From contig NC_009954.1 of assembly GCF_000018305.1 (NCBI RefSeq), forward strand, positions 510,001 to 542,000: a stretch of DNA of 32,000 nt, written 5' to 3'. This DNA is from Caldivirga maquilingensis IC-167. GTDB taxonomy: Archaea; Thermoproteota; Thermoprotei; Thermoproteales; Thermocladiaceae. Under the pieces are notes generated by a model. That model was not told the origin of the DNA. It did not search any database and saw only the letters and a list, made by a program, of their open reading frames with translations. Both the position numbers and the translations under genes were made by a program. Positions 16,002-24,148 of this stretch are shown here, piece after piece (within the stretch, counting starts at the first letter, position 1; each line of letters begins with the position of its first letter).

Positions 16002-16343
16002 ATGGAGCCACGCAGTGAACCACTTAGCAGCGTCCTTAGTGAGGTTGGTAATGTGTTTGGGCATGTGTATAGGAGTATTTTGTCTTCTCCTAGTGGTGTG
16101 TTCATATTCTTCATCACATTACTCAATAGGCCCGGTGCTTTGGCTAGGTTGGCTGCTGCTTTGGCTGAATTGGGTTTGAATCTAACATTAGCCTACTTAT
16201 ACACTATTAATGAGGAGTTAGCCATGGCACTACTAATCTACGAAGCCAAGGAAGGCTACTTCCAAAAAGCCATAGAAGAATTAAGAAAAGGAGGAGCAGT
16301 AGTAAGAGAAGCATACGAAGTAAAGGTTACAGAGAGGCATTAA
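16002..16343 (+). CDS. ACT-domain protein (small, stand-alone)
   Basis: 113 aa. 'VFIFFITLLNRPGALARLAAALAELGLNL' followed by beta-beta-alpha-beta segments fits an ACT fold. The N-terminal ~30 codons, and therefore the start, are uncertain. The 3' third uses atypical A-ending codons (see findings). Confidence 0.5.
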   Translation: MEPRSEPLSSVLSEVGNVFGHVYRSILSSPSGVFIFFITLLNRPGALARLAAALAELGLNLTLAYLYTINEELAMALLIYEAKEGYFQKAIEELRKGGAVVREAYEVKVTERH

Positions 16344-16350
16344 GTGGGAG

Positions 16351-17118
16351 TTAATTAATCCTCATCAGTATCCTTAAACCATATATGAAGATTAATACAG
16401 GTACTATAATAATCGATGCAAAGTACACTAATGATAACTCAAGTACTGCACTGTAACTGTTAATAATGCCGTATAATACGGCTGAATTAAGGTATGCATT
16501 AAATGAATCCATGTATACGTGGGCAGTGATGGTTACGGCTAATCCCCTTAACCCATGCTCACTAGCCTGCATACCCCTCAGCATCATTGATGCCCCTGGG
16601 TGAAATAGGAAGGAGACCAAGGGCTGCAATAATAGGCCCACTAGGCTAATAACCCCAACCATGGTAATGGGGGCGGAGGCACTGGGGTTAAGGCTGCTGG
16701 GTATTATTGATATGACCAAGATGTCGATTACAGCCACTGCAATGTCAATTAAGGCAAAGCCGTAGCCTATGTACAATGAAGCCTCCACAGCTCTATCCTT
16801 AACCGCAAAGTACCTTGCCACCTCCTGAAATACACCTGCTAATGAGCCCACGTATATGGAGACTAAGAATATGTTGGACTTAATGATACTGGATACAAGT
16901 TCATTAAACTTCATTATATCCCTTAAGTGACCCAGCAGTAACACTATGAAGGGGGCTTGCTGCGCCAGGTACTGAAACACCAGGGCTAGAATCATGTAAC
17001 CAATCCCAATGAAAACCCAGTCACGTTTACCACGCCACAGTAGCCTGCTTAGAAGTATGTAGGCTATGATTGATGCCACCACCAGGTAAGCTACTGATAA
17101 TTCCGCTTCCCCCTGCAT
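16351..17118 (-). CDS. Polytopic membrane protein, possibly YhfC/CPBP-like intramembrane metalloprotease
   Basis: 255 aa with about 7 TM helices. 'GVFQEVARYF' (ExxxR-like), 'FLFHPG' and 'TAHVYMDSF' (HxxxD) loosely match the three CPBP/YhfC motifs. The functional call is weak. Confidence 0.35.
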   Translation of the reverse strand: MQGEAELSVAYLVVASIIAYILLSRLLWRGKRDWVFIGIGYMILALVFQYLAQQAPFIVLLLGHLRDIMKFNELVSSIIKSNIFLVSIYVGSLAGVFQEVARYFAVKDRAVEASLYIGYGFALIDIAVAVIDILVISIIPSSLNPSASAPITMVGVISLVGLLLQPLVSFLFHPGASMMLRGMQASEHGLRGLAVTITAHVYMDSFNAYLNSAVLYGIINSYSAVLELSLVYFASIIIVPVLIFIYGLRILMRIN

Positions 17119-17128
17119 TTAATACACC

Positions 17129-17500
17129 TTAATCAATGGTAATGCCAGCGCCTCCACCTGCCTCAGGTTGAACTACTACGGCTGTGCCGTAGGCTATTAT
17201 TTCATCCATGTACTCACTAATCTCATTTGAATCCAGCCTAAAGCTGATTATGGCATTGGCACCAAGTTCCTTGGCATGCTGAATCATCCTCTCAATGGCC
17301 TGCCTCCTAGACTGCTCAGCAAGCTCCGTGAACTCACTAATCTCACCACCAGCCAGTGATCTTAAACTAGCTAGGAACCTACCACCAAGGCCCCTTGATC
17401 TCACTGTGACCCCAATGGCTACGCCAAGGACCTTAACAACCCTATAACCTGAAATATACGGTGCAGTGGTGATTATTACGTCGCCTTCCCGAATAGCCAT
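17129..17500 (-). CDS. YbjQ/UPF0145 family protein
   Basis: 123 aa. 'TTAPYISGYRVVKVLGVAIGVTVRSRG' and 'AIERMIQHAKELGANAIISFRLDS' are characteristic. It ends 10 nt upstream of the membrane-protein gene's start on the same strand. Confidence 0.8.
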   Translation of the reverse strand: MAIREGDVIITTAPYISGYRVVKVLGVAIGVTVRSRGLGGRFLASLRSLAGGEISEFTELAEQSRRQAIERMIQHAKELGANAIISFRLDSNEISEYMDEIIAYGTAVVVQPEAGGGAGITID

Positions 17501-17595
17501 GGTTACTCTTCATTAATTTGGTTTATAAGTATTACAATTATAAATCTTCATTAAGGATCATTAATTATTTACTTAGTTAGGTTGATTAAGGTTTT

Positions 17596-18195
17596 TTGTT
17601 TTGGGTTTTTGTGGGTGTTGGGGTTTATTCATTGGCTTTGCTTAGGGTTGGTGGTGTGTTGGGTGGGAGGGGTGTTGGTTTTGTTGTTGTTGGTAGTTTG
17701 ATTCTTCCACTTGCCTATGGTGTTGATTGGGTTGTTCATGATGTTGACTTATTCCTAACTAATAAGAGTACTTTAACTGATGCTGAGTTCTTTGAGGGTA
17801 TTGCTAGGGAGTTTGATTGGGATTACGGCTTCAATGCCTTTGGTGGAATGTATTATGAGGTTGTTGTTAATGGTGAGGTTGTTAGGGTTGATTTAATGGA
17901 GAATCTACTGGACGTCTACATACCTGAGGCAATAATTAATGACTCATTAAGCTTCAGTGTTAATGGCAGCGTCTTCAAGGGTATTAGGATTGAGGCATTA
18001 ATAGTACTCAAGGCTAGGGAGGCCACTGATGAGGCTGAGGAATTCCTAGAGAGGCTAGCGGAGAAAATAATAGACCCAAGGACAGGAATAGAATTAGACA
18101 AGGCAAGAATAATAAACTACATAAACCAATACCCAGAGGAGGAGAGGGAAAGCATAAAACACAAAATACAAACAACAGGAATATACATAGAATAA
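17596..18195 (+). CDS. Hypothetical protein, possible minimal nucleotidyltransferase-fold protein
   Basis: 199 aa with a TTG start; there is no in-frame ATG before the putative motif. 'FVVVGSLILPLAYGVDWVVHDVDLFL' resembles the hG[GS]...DxD NTase signature. Composition is highly unusual (see findings). Confidence 0.35.
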   Translation: MFWVFVGVGVYSLALLRVGGVLGGRGVGFVVVGSLILPLAYGVDWVVHDVDLFLTNKSTLTDAEFFEGIAREFDWDYGFNAFGGMYYEVVVNGEVVRVDLMENLLDVYIPEAIINDSLSFSVNGSVFKGIRIEALIVLKAREATDEAEEFLERLAEKIIDPRTGIELDKARIINYINQYPEEERESIKHKIQTTGIYIE

Positions 18196-18199
18196 TGGC

Positions 18200-20041
18200 T
18201 TAAGGTAAAGGTGGCCTTATGCTCAGCAGCATTGGTGCTGTTAAGGGTTTCCTAGGGTAACCCTTGGTTTCCTCATTTAGCCTATTCAGTAATTCCTCAA
18301 TACTCATACTAACCTGACCCACACCCCTAACCCTAACGCTTAATGAACCAGTCTTAGCCTCACGTTCACCGAAGACTACAATGTAGGGTACCCAGAGGGT
18401 TTCAGCATCCCTAATCTTCCTACCAACGGTCTCATCCCTATCATCAACCTCAACCCTGAAGCCAGCCTCCTCAATTCTCCTAGCCAACTCAATGGCCCCC
18501 TCATTATAACCACTGGACACTGGTATAACCCTGACTTGAACTGGGGTGATCCAAGTTGGTAAAGCAGGTACCTTACCATTAGCCTCATTAATTGCCGCTG
18601 TGTCCAGTAGGGCGAATATGAATCTCTCAATACTGCCTAATATGGCTGTATGTATTATTACCGGGTACTTAATGTTATTGCCCTCATCCCTGTACTTGAT
18701 TCCAAACCTCTGGGCGTTACCAATGTCGAATTGGAATGTGGCTATCTCCCTAGGCCTCTTAAGCTCATCAATAATATGGTACTCAACGTTAAGCACCCAA
18801 TAGTACTTCGCCCCCTCAAGGACCCTAACCAGTATTGGCTTACCCTCCCTCCTAGCCAACTCCACTAGGTAATCCTTATTCTGGTCGAAGAACTCCTTAC
18901 TAACATTGTAAAGGCTTACGTAATCCCTCCCAATCCTCCTAATCTCCTCAAAGATCTTGGCGTGAAGCCTTAAACCAACATCCATGGCCTCCTTAAGATC
19001 CTTAACGAATATGTGTAGGTCAGGCATGTAGAAGCGTCTAAGCCTAAAGCATAACACTGTTTCACCAGGCTGCTCATACCTGTAACTATCAGCAATCTCA
19101 AGCATGCCCAAGGGTAGGTTCCTGTAGCTTAAGACCCAGTCCTTAATCATTGCGAATTGCTGGAAGCATGCGGCGTACCTCATGACAAGCTCCTCATCAG
19201 ACTCGGTAATGTACATCCTCTCCCCGAATAACCCAGCATGCTCACTAATCGCCTTATCCGAGAGCCTAAACATGTTGGTTCCCTTAACCTTGAAGACGGG
19301 TATGCCCAGTGACTTAGCCACTTGGTATGAGTAATCATCAAGGAGCTCAAGCATAACAGTGGCGTAGGGCCCATACCTCATATGACCCACATCCGATAAA
19401 GGCTCCCACTCGAAGCCGAATTTAAGGCAGTAGTCAATGTACCTAGGCTGCTCCTTACCCTCAAGCTCCCTCTTGAAAACCTCCTTATCAACAAGAACCT
19501 TCAAGTCAGCATCCCTCTCACTGAAACTGTAACTGGCTGGGTCATGGATTGAACCATCCGGTGAAACAATAACGTAGTAATCCCTAGTGTAGGGCTTCCT
19601 CTGTGGGGCAGACTCCTGTGGTGTAATGGTTCTACTCAACTCTGATAATGGGTGACCTAGGCAACTTATGTTAAAGGCCTTATACCAACCGAAGGGAGCC
19701 CTGTAGACAGGTATACTGGCCTTACCCTTAAGAGTCTCATAGAGGGCGTTAAGTATGGTTATGGCCTTAGGCGGCGGCGCCAGGTTGGGGCTTAGGTGGG
19801 CGTATGGGTATAGGAAGACTGAGGATGCCTTAACCTTACCTGCAACATCAAGTACATCATCAGCAACCCTCTCCAGGAAGCTTGGTGAATCATTATCATT
19901 CTCCTCAACCGTAGTGAATACAACTAAGGTATTATCAGCACTACCCCTCTTCAACTCCTCCGTCAATGGCTCAGGGTTCTCAACCGCCTTATCCCTAACC
20001 TCGAAGGAAAAGGACCTTGCATGTATTAAGAGCAGTCTCAT
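18200..20041 (-). CDS. thrS: Threonyl-tRNA synthetase, full-length archaeal type with N-terminal DTD-like editing domain
   Basis: 613 aa. The N-terminus ('MRLLLIHARSFSFEV...YPYAHLS...WYKAFNISCLGHPLSELSRTI') matches the archaea-specific editing domain. Class II catalytic and anticodon-binding regions follow. Confidence 0.95.
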   Translation of the reverse strand: MRLLLIHARSFSFEVRDKAVENPEPLTEELKRGSADNTLVVFTTVEENDNDSPSFLERVADDVLDVAGKVKASSVFLYPYAHLSPNLAPPPKAITILNALYETLKGKASIPVYRAPFGWYKAFNISCLGHPLSELSRTITPQESAPQRKPYTRDYYVIVSPDGSIHDPASYSFSERDADLKVLVDKEVFKRELEGKEQPRYIDYCLKFGFEWEPLSDVGHMRYGPYATVMLELLDDYSYQVAKSLGIPVFKVKGTNMFRLSDKAISEHAGLFGERMYITESDEELVMRYAACFQQFAMIKDWVLSYRNLPLGMLEIADSYRYEQPGETVLCFRLRRFYMPDLHIFVKDLKEAMDVGLRLHAKIFEEIRRIGRDYVSLYNVSKEFFDQNKDYLVELARREGKPILVRVLEGAKYYWVLNVEYHIIDELKRPREIATFQFDIGNAQRFGIKYRDEGNNIKYPVIIHTAILGSIERFIFALLDTAAINEANGKVPALPTWITPVQVRVIPVSSGYNEGAIELARRIEEAGFRVEVDDRDETVGRKIRDAETLWVPYIVVFGEREAKTGSLSVRVRGVGQVSMSIEELLNRLNEETKGYPRKPLTAPMLLSIRPPLP

Positions 20042-20211
20042 AACAAACCCCCCGTGGATTACTTTTTAAATTAAATGTGCGTTCCACCACTTAATGGTTG
20101 GCTTAAACCAGGATTATGAGCTAATGCTCCTTAAAAACCCTACCACCCCAGTAAGGTGTAGTTTATTAACCGGCTAAGGTTAAATAATGGGACACAGTTG
20201 GTAAGAGGAAC

Positions 20212-21159
20212 GTGAGGTATAGAGTACTTGGGGGAACTGGGTTAAAGGTGTCTGAGATCGGGTTGGGGGCATGGTTCATAGGCGGCATGTACGGTGACGT
20301 TACTGTTGATGAAGCTAGGGCCATTATTAAGAAGGCTATTGACCTGGGTATTAATGTCTTCGATACCGCCGATGTGTACGGTAATGGGTTAAGTGAAAGG
20401 ATTCTTGGGGAGGAGTTAAGGGGTTATGATGCGTACGTGTTCACTAAGGTGGGTTATAATATTTATGAAGATAAGGGGAGTAAGCATACTCAATTATTCA
20501 CGCCTAATTACATTAAGTACGCTGCCCTACAATCAATTAAGAGACTGGGTAGGAGAGTGAGTCTGCTTCAGTTACATAACCCACCCCTTGAGGTGATAAG
20601 GAGCAGTGGTATTCATGAGACCCTACTGGGATTGGTTAAGGAAGGTTACGTTGATCATATTGGTGTTGCCCTTGGGCCTGAGGTGAATGTGCTTAATGAG
20701 GGCTTAGCCGCTATTGAATCCGGGTACGAGTCAATAATGTTTGTTTTCAATATTCTTGAACAGGAGCCAGCTAGGACACTGGTGAGGCTGGGTAATGGTA
20801 GGGTTGGTTTAATAACCAGGGTGCCACATGCATCAAACCTGCTAACCAGTGGCTTTACGCTTAACTTTAAGCCCGGGGATCATAGGAACTTGAGGAATCG
20901 TGAGTGGTTAATTAGGGCTAAGGCCATTGTTGATAATTACATTAAGCCTATTAGCGATCAATTAGGGTTAACGTTAAGTCAACTGGCCTTGAAGTACGTT
21001 CTCTCATACCCAATCTCCACGGTAATGGTTACCGTAACTTCGGTTAATGAGCTCGAGGAGTATTGTGAGGCAGCGGATGGCTCCTACCTTAACTCAAGTT
21101 TAGTGAAGAGCCTTGAGGAATTGTACGATAATGTTATTGCCAAGACGGCTTCAACATAA
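20212..21159 (+). CDS. Aldo/keto reductase family oxidoreductase
   Basis: 315 aa with a GTG start. AKR signatures are 'LGGTGLKVSEIGLGAW' and 'AIDLGINVFDTADVYGNGLSERILG'. Confidence 0.85.
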   Translation: MRYRVLGGTGLKVSEIGLGAWFIGGMYGDVTVDEARAIIKKAIDLGINVFDTADVYGNGLSERILGEELRGYDAYVFTKVGYNIYEDKGSKHTQLFTPNYIKYAALQSIKRLGRRVSLLQLHNPPLEVIRSSGIHETLLGLVKEGYVDHIGVALGPEVNVLNEGLAAIESGYESIMFVFNILEQEPARTLVRLGNGRVGLITRVPHASNLLTSGFTLNFKPGDHRNLRNREWLIRAKAIVDNYIKPISDQLGLTLSQLALKYVLSYPISTVMVTVTSVNELEEYCEAADGSYLNSSLVKSLEELYDNVIAKTAST

Positions 21160-21438
21160 TCATATCTTGCCTTCAACATAATCCTTACCCTTACCCAATG
21201 CATTAAGTATCCTAGCAATCATAATCTCATCGGCCCACTCCATTAGGTAAATGCTCCATTTATCTAAAGATAAGTTATCGTTAACACCTAGATAACTATG
21301 CCACCATGATACGCTTTCACTGAGGAGATTCCTGATGAACTCCTTATTATACTGATTGGTTTCAACATCATCACTAACCTTAAATATAATTACCATGTAC
21401 TTCTTACCCGTTAACACACCCCTTCTACTCAACCCCAT
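21160..21438 (-). CDS. Hypothetical small protein (orphan)
   Basis: 92 aa with no family recognised. Its stop codon directly abuts the AKR stop, leaving a 0-nt convergent spacer. Coding status rests only on ORF length and codon style. Confidence 0.35.
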   Translation of the reverse strand: MGLSRRGVLTGKKYMVIIFKVSDDVETNQYNKEFIRNLLSESVSWWHSYLGVNDNLSLDKWSIYLMEWADEIMIARILNALGKGKDYVEGKI

Positions 21439-21586
21439 AGTGGTTAGTTACCTAGATTACGCTTAAAAAACATACTAACTAATTAATTAAATCGAACTTA
21501 GGAGTTAATGAGAGAGCGGTAATGAATCAGTGTGTATTTTAAGCACTAATCATTATATTATTTACCCGGTAAACATTGGAAGGGTG

Positions 21587-21952
21587 ATGAACTACCTGGC
21601 TATATTACCGGCTGCAGGCTCCGTGTTAATGGCCTACTACACCTACGAGAACTCAAGGAGAATTAACGCATGCTTACCCGGTGTCTTCAATTGTGAATTA
21701 TTCAGCTTTCTAGTCCCCAGGAGAATTAGGTTAGCTATGGCTGTTGGAGCCATGGTTACCCTAGCCCTAATGGCTTTCCTAATATTAATTAACCTATACC
21801 TCTACGTCATAGTGCTATCATTAATAGGGCTGGTTATTGGCATGTATGGTGTTTACCTACAAGTCCGTAAGGGTGCCTACTGCCTCTACTGCTTAACCAC
21901 AGATGTAATACTATTCGTAATGTTTATTTTATCTGTACTTAGGGTGGTTTAA
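21587..21952 (+). CDS. VKOR (vitamin K epoxide reductase) family membrane protein
   Basis: The start is moved to ATG 21587, preceded by GAAGGGTG (the track starts at 21530). There are four predicted TM helices, a loop Cys pair 'CLPGVFNC' and a CXXC at the start of TM4. 'CLYCLTTD' compares with human VKORC1 'CIVCITTY'. Confidence 0.55.
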   Translation: MNYLAILPAAGSVLMAYYTYENSRRINACLPGVFNCELFSFLVPRRIRLAMAVGAMVTLALMAFLILINLYLYVIVLSLIGLVIGMYGVYLQVRKGAYCLYCLTTDVILFVMFILSVLRVV

Positions 21953-22994
21953 CGCTCTCCTTACCCTCCTTACCCTGAACCGCAATTAACCAATTATGCC
22001 TCTCAACACTGCATGCATCCCAGTCCACGTGATTCATATACTTCTCAACCCTGTAATCATCCATGGGTACATCACCCTTAATTAATAATTCAGCCAACCT
22101 CCTTGCTAAGGCCGGGCCACTCATTGAACCATAGCCATCTAAGCCTCCTAACACATATAAATTATCCTTAACCATACCGTAGACTGGGCCACCGCTTGGT
22201 GAAACCTCGCATGTACCTGACCTAGTGAATATTGGTGCAGCCCAACCAAACCTACTTGAGATTAACCTAGCTATACGCTGGCCGTAATTAGGAGGCGGTT
22301 TCTCATTAGGTTTACCGCACCCGTCACCGGCTATGAATAGTCCAGGTATGAATGGCCTACTATACCAGCCTAATACGTCATCACCAATGCTTAGGTTCAT
22401 TACCTTAACTGGACCAGTCATAACTGAGGCATAGCATTGGTAGCTCTTCAAGGGTAGTTTAATACCTACCTGCATGGCTAATTCCGTGTTTCCAGGTCCA
22501 GCGGCCAGTACTATTGAGTCCCCTATGTATCTCTCACCATTAGCCACCACTGTTAATGACCCGTTGATTAGCTTTAAGGATGCCTTAGCCTTAATCACAT
22601 TCATCCTCCTCCTTAACTCACCCACTATGCGCCTAATGGGTATCATGTAATCCGTGGTCACCACCATGAACTCATCCCTACTTAACCTAACCCAATCAGC
22701 CTCCTCAATAATCCTGTACTCAACACCAGCGGTTTTAAGAGGGTTTAGGTTAATCCACCTGGGCATAATGTCTATTGAGGTTACTGGCTTAGGTTTAGTG
22801 AACCTCCTATACACTTCGAGGCTTTCCCTAGCCAGCAGTATGTCGTCAACATAGGGCATTGATTGGGTTAAGACCAGGGAGGCAAGGGGGTACTTGGGTT
22901 CCTCCCCAATAACCACTACATCAGAACCCATGGACTTCAGGAAGTAGGCTGTAAATAATGCAGCTATACCGCCGCCTACTACCACTACCCTCAT
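21939..22994 (-). CDS. FAD-dependent oxidoreductase (DAO / glycine-oxidase-like family)
   Basis: 351 aa. It has the N-terminal Rossmann motif 'VVVVGGGIAALFTAYFL' and 'GLFIAGDG'. The substrate is not inferable. Its 3' end overlaps the VKOR 3' end by 14 nt (convergent). Confidence 0.7.
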   Translation of the reverse strand: MRVVVVGGGIAALFTAYFLKSMGSDVVVIGEEPKYPLASLVLTQSMPYVDDILLARESLEVYRRFTKPKPVTSIDIMPRWINLNPLKTAGVEYRIIEEADWVRLSRDEFMVVTTDYMIPIRRIVGELRRRMNVIKAKASLKLINGSLTVVANGERYIGDSIVLAAGPGNTELAMQVGIKLPLKSYQCYASVMTGPVKVMNLSIGDDVLGWYSRPFIPGLFIAGDGCGKPNEKPPPNYGQRIARLISSRFGWAAPIFTRSGTCEVSPSGGPVYGMVKDNLYVLGGLDGYGSMSGPALARRLAELLIKGDVPMDDYRVEKYMNHVDWDACSVERHNWLIAVQGKEGKESVKPP

Positions 22995-23080
22995 TGAATG
23001 ATTCCTGGACTTAACCCTAATAAATTTTAATTATGCGGCATAGGGAATGCTTATTAACGTATAATTAACTCTCATTAACT

Positions 23081-23923
23081 GTGCCTGATGAATCTAAGAT
23101 TGAGAGGGATAGGATTGAGAAGAGGAGGTTTAGGATAAAGGATATTGATCAACTTAAGTTAGTTGACGATGTATTCAATGAATACACATTGAAGGCGCTT
23201 TATGAAATAATGAATAGGAGAATTGTGCTGGAGGTTTATGGACCCATTGCCCAGGGTAAGGAGGCTAAGGTAATATGGGGTAAGGATTATGATGGTAAGG
23301 ACCTGGCCCTTAAGGTTTACTATACTTTGGCTAATAGGTTCGTTAACAGGAACCCATATATAATAGGTGATAGGAGGTTCAGCGGTAAGCCCAGTAATCC
23401 ATTTAAGTTAGCAAGCATGTGGTGTAGGAAGGAGTTTAGGAACATGAAGAGGGCCTATGAGGCTGGGGTGCTTGTCCCAAGGCCAATAGCCTTCTACAGT
23501 AATATACTGGTTATGGAATTCATAGGTGAGGAGGGTGTACCAGCACCATTACTGAAGGATGTGCCCCCAGATGACGTACAAGCGGCTTACATTGATGTAA
23601 TACTCAATGTGGAGAAGGCGTTCATAATCGGTAAGCTTATTCACGCTGATTTAAGTGAGTATAATATATTAAATTGGAATAATAAACTATACATAATTGA
23701 CTGGGGTTCAGCTGTGGATTCATCTCACCCAAACTTCATGGACCTCCTGTACAGGGATGTTAGGAACATTAACAGGTTCTTCAGTAAACTAGGCGCATCA
23801 GTGGTGGATGAGGGTAAGATCACTGAGGCGTTAATTAAGAGGAGTAAGGGGAGTTACATTGTTAGTGATGGTAGGGTTATTGTTGATGGTAAGGACCTAT
23901 TAGGCTACTTGAGTATAAACTAG
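23081..23923 (+). CDS. RIO-type serine protein kinase (Rio1-like)
   Basis: 280 aa with a GTG start. It has 'GPIAQGKEAKV', 'LALKVY', 'LIHADLSEYNIL' and 'IIDWGSAV'. There is no N-terminal winged helix, so it is Rio1-like rather than Rio2-like. Confidence 0.85.
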   Translation: MPDESKIERDRIEKRRFRIKDIDQLKLVDDVFNEYTLKALYEIMNRRIVLEVYGPIAQGKEAKVIWGKDYDGKDLALKVYYTLANRFVNRNPYIIGDRRFSGKPSNPFKLASMWCRKEFRNMKRAYEAGVLVPRPIAFYSNILVMEFIGEEGVPAPLLKDVPPDDVQAAYIDVILNVEKAFIIGKLIHADLSEYNILNWNNKLYIIDWGSAVDSSHPNFMDLLYRDVRNINRFFSKLGASVVDEGKITEALIKRSKGSYIVSDGRVIVDGKDLLGYLSIN

Positions 23924-24119
23924 GCTTATTCCTTAATTGAATACGGGTAAGTGCAGTTAGCTTAAATCTAATAGTAACCATTAACCCACTCAGTATTTCA
24001 CTTTAGGTAATACAATATGCAGTAGGTTTAAGTAAATTCGCAATACCATAATAAATATATTATAGTTATTGATGAGAAGTACAAATTTTCAAGATATGTT
24101 TCTCTTTAAAGGAGTAATG

Positions 24120-24126
24120 TTTAAAA
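24120..24126 (+). promoter_or_regulatory. TATA-box candidate (TTTAAAA) for ppdK
   Basis: The element is centred about 26 nt upstream of the ATG at 24149. A GTGAGG SD-like element also lies 5 nt upstream of the ATG. Confidence 0.45.
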
Positions 24127-24148
24127 GGATTAAGTTAAGTGAGGCGTA

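Noticed and set aside
15985-16179. 64-aa alternative-frame ORF overlapping the start of the ACT-domain gene
   Set aside because: It encodes Cys/Leu/Trp-rich low-complexity sequence produced by the local G+T bias. The ACT fold is encoded in the other frame.
21160-21438. Cas2-like N-terminus of the 92-aa ORF (MVIIFKVSDD versus the Cas2 hhhhhYDhsDD pattern)
   Set aside because: The rest of the sequence does not follow the Cas2 pattern. The window contains no CRISPR repeats or cas genes.
24066-24100. TTGATGA C-box-like heptamer upstream of ppdK
   Set aside because: There is no CTGA D box or D'/C' pair at the required ~12-nt spacings on either strand.
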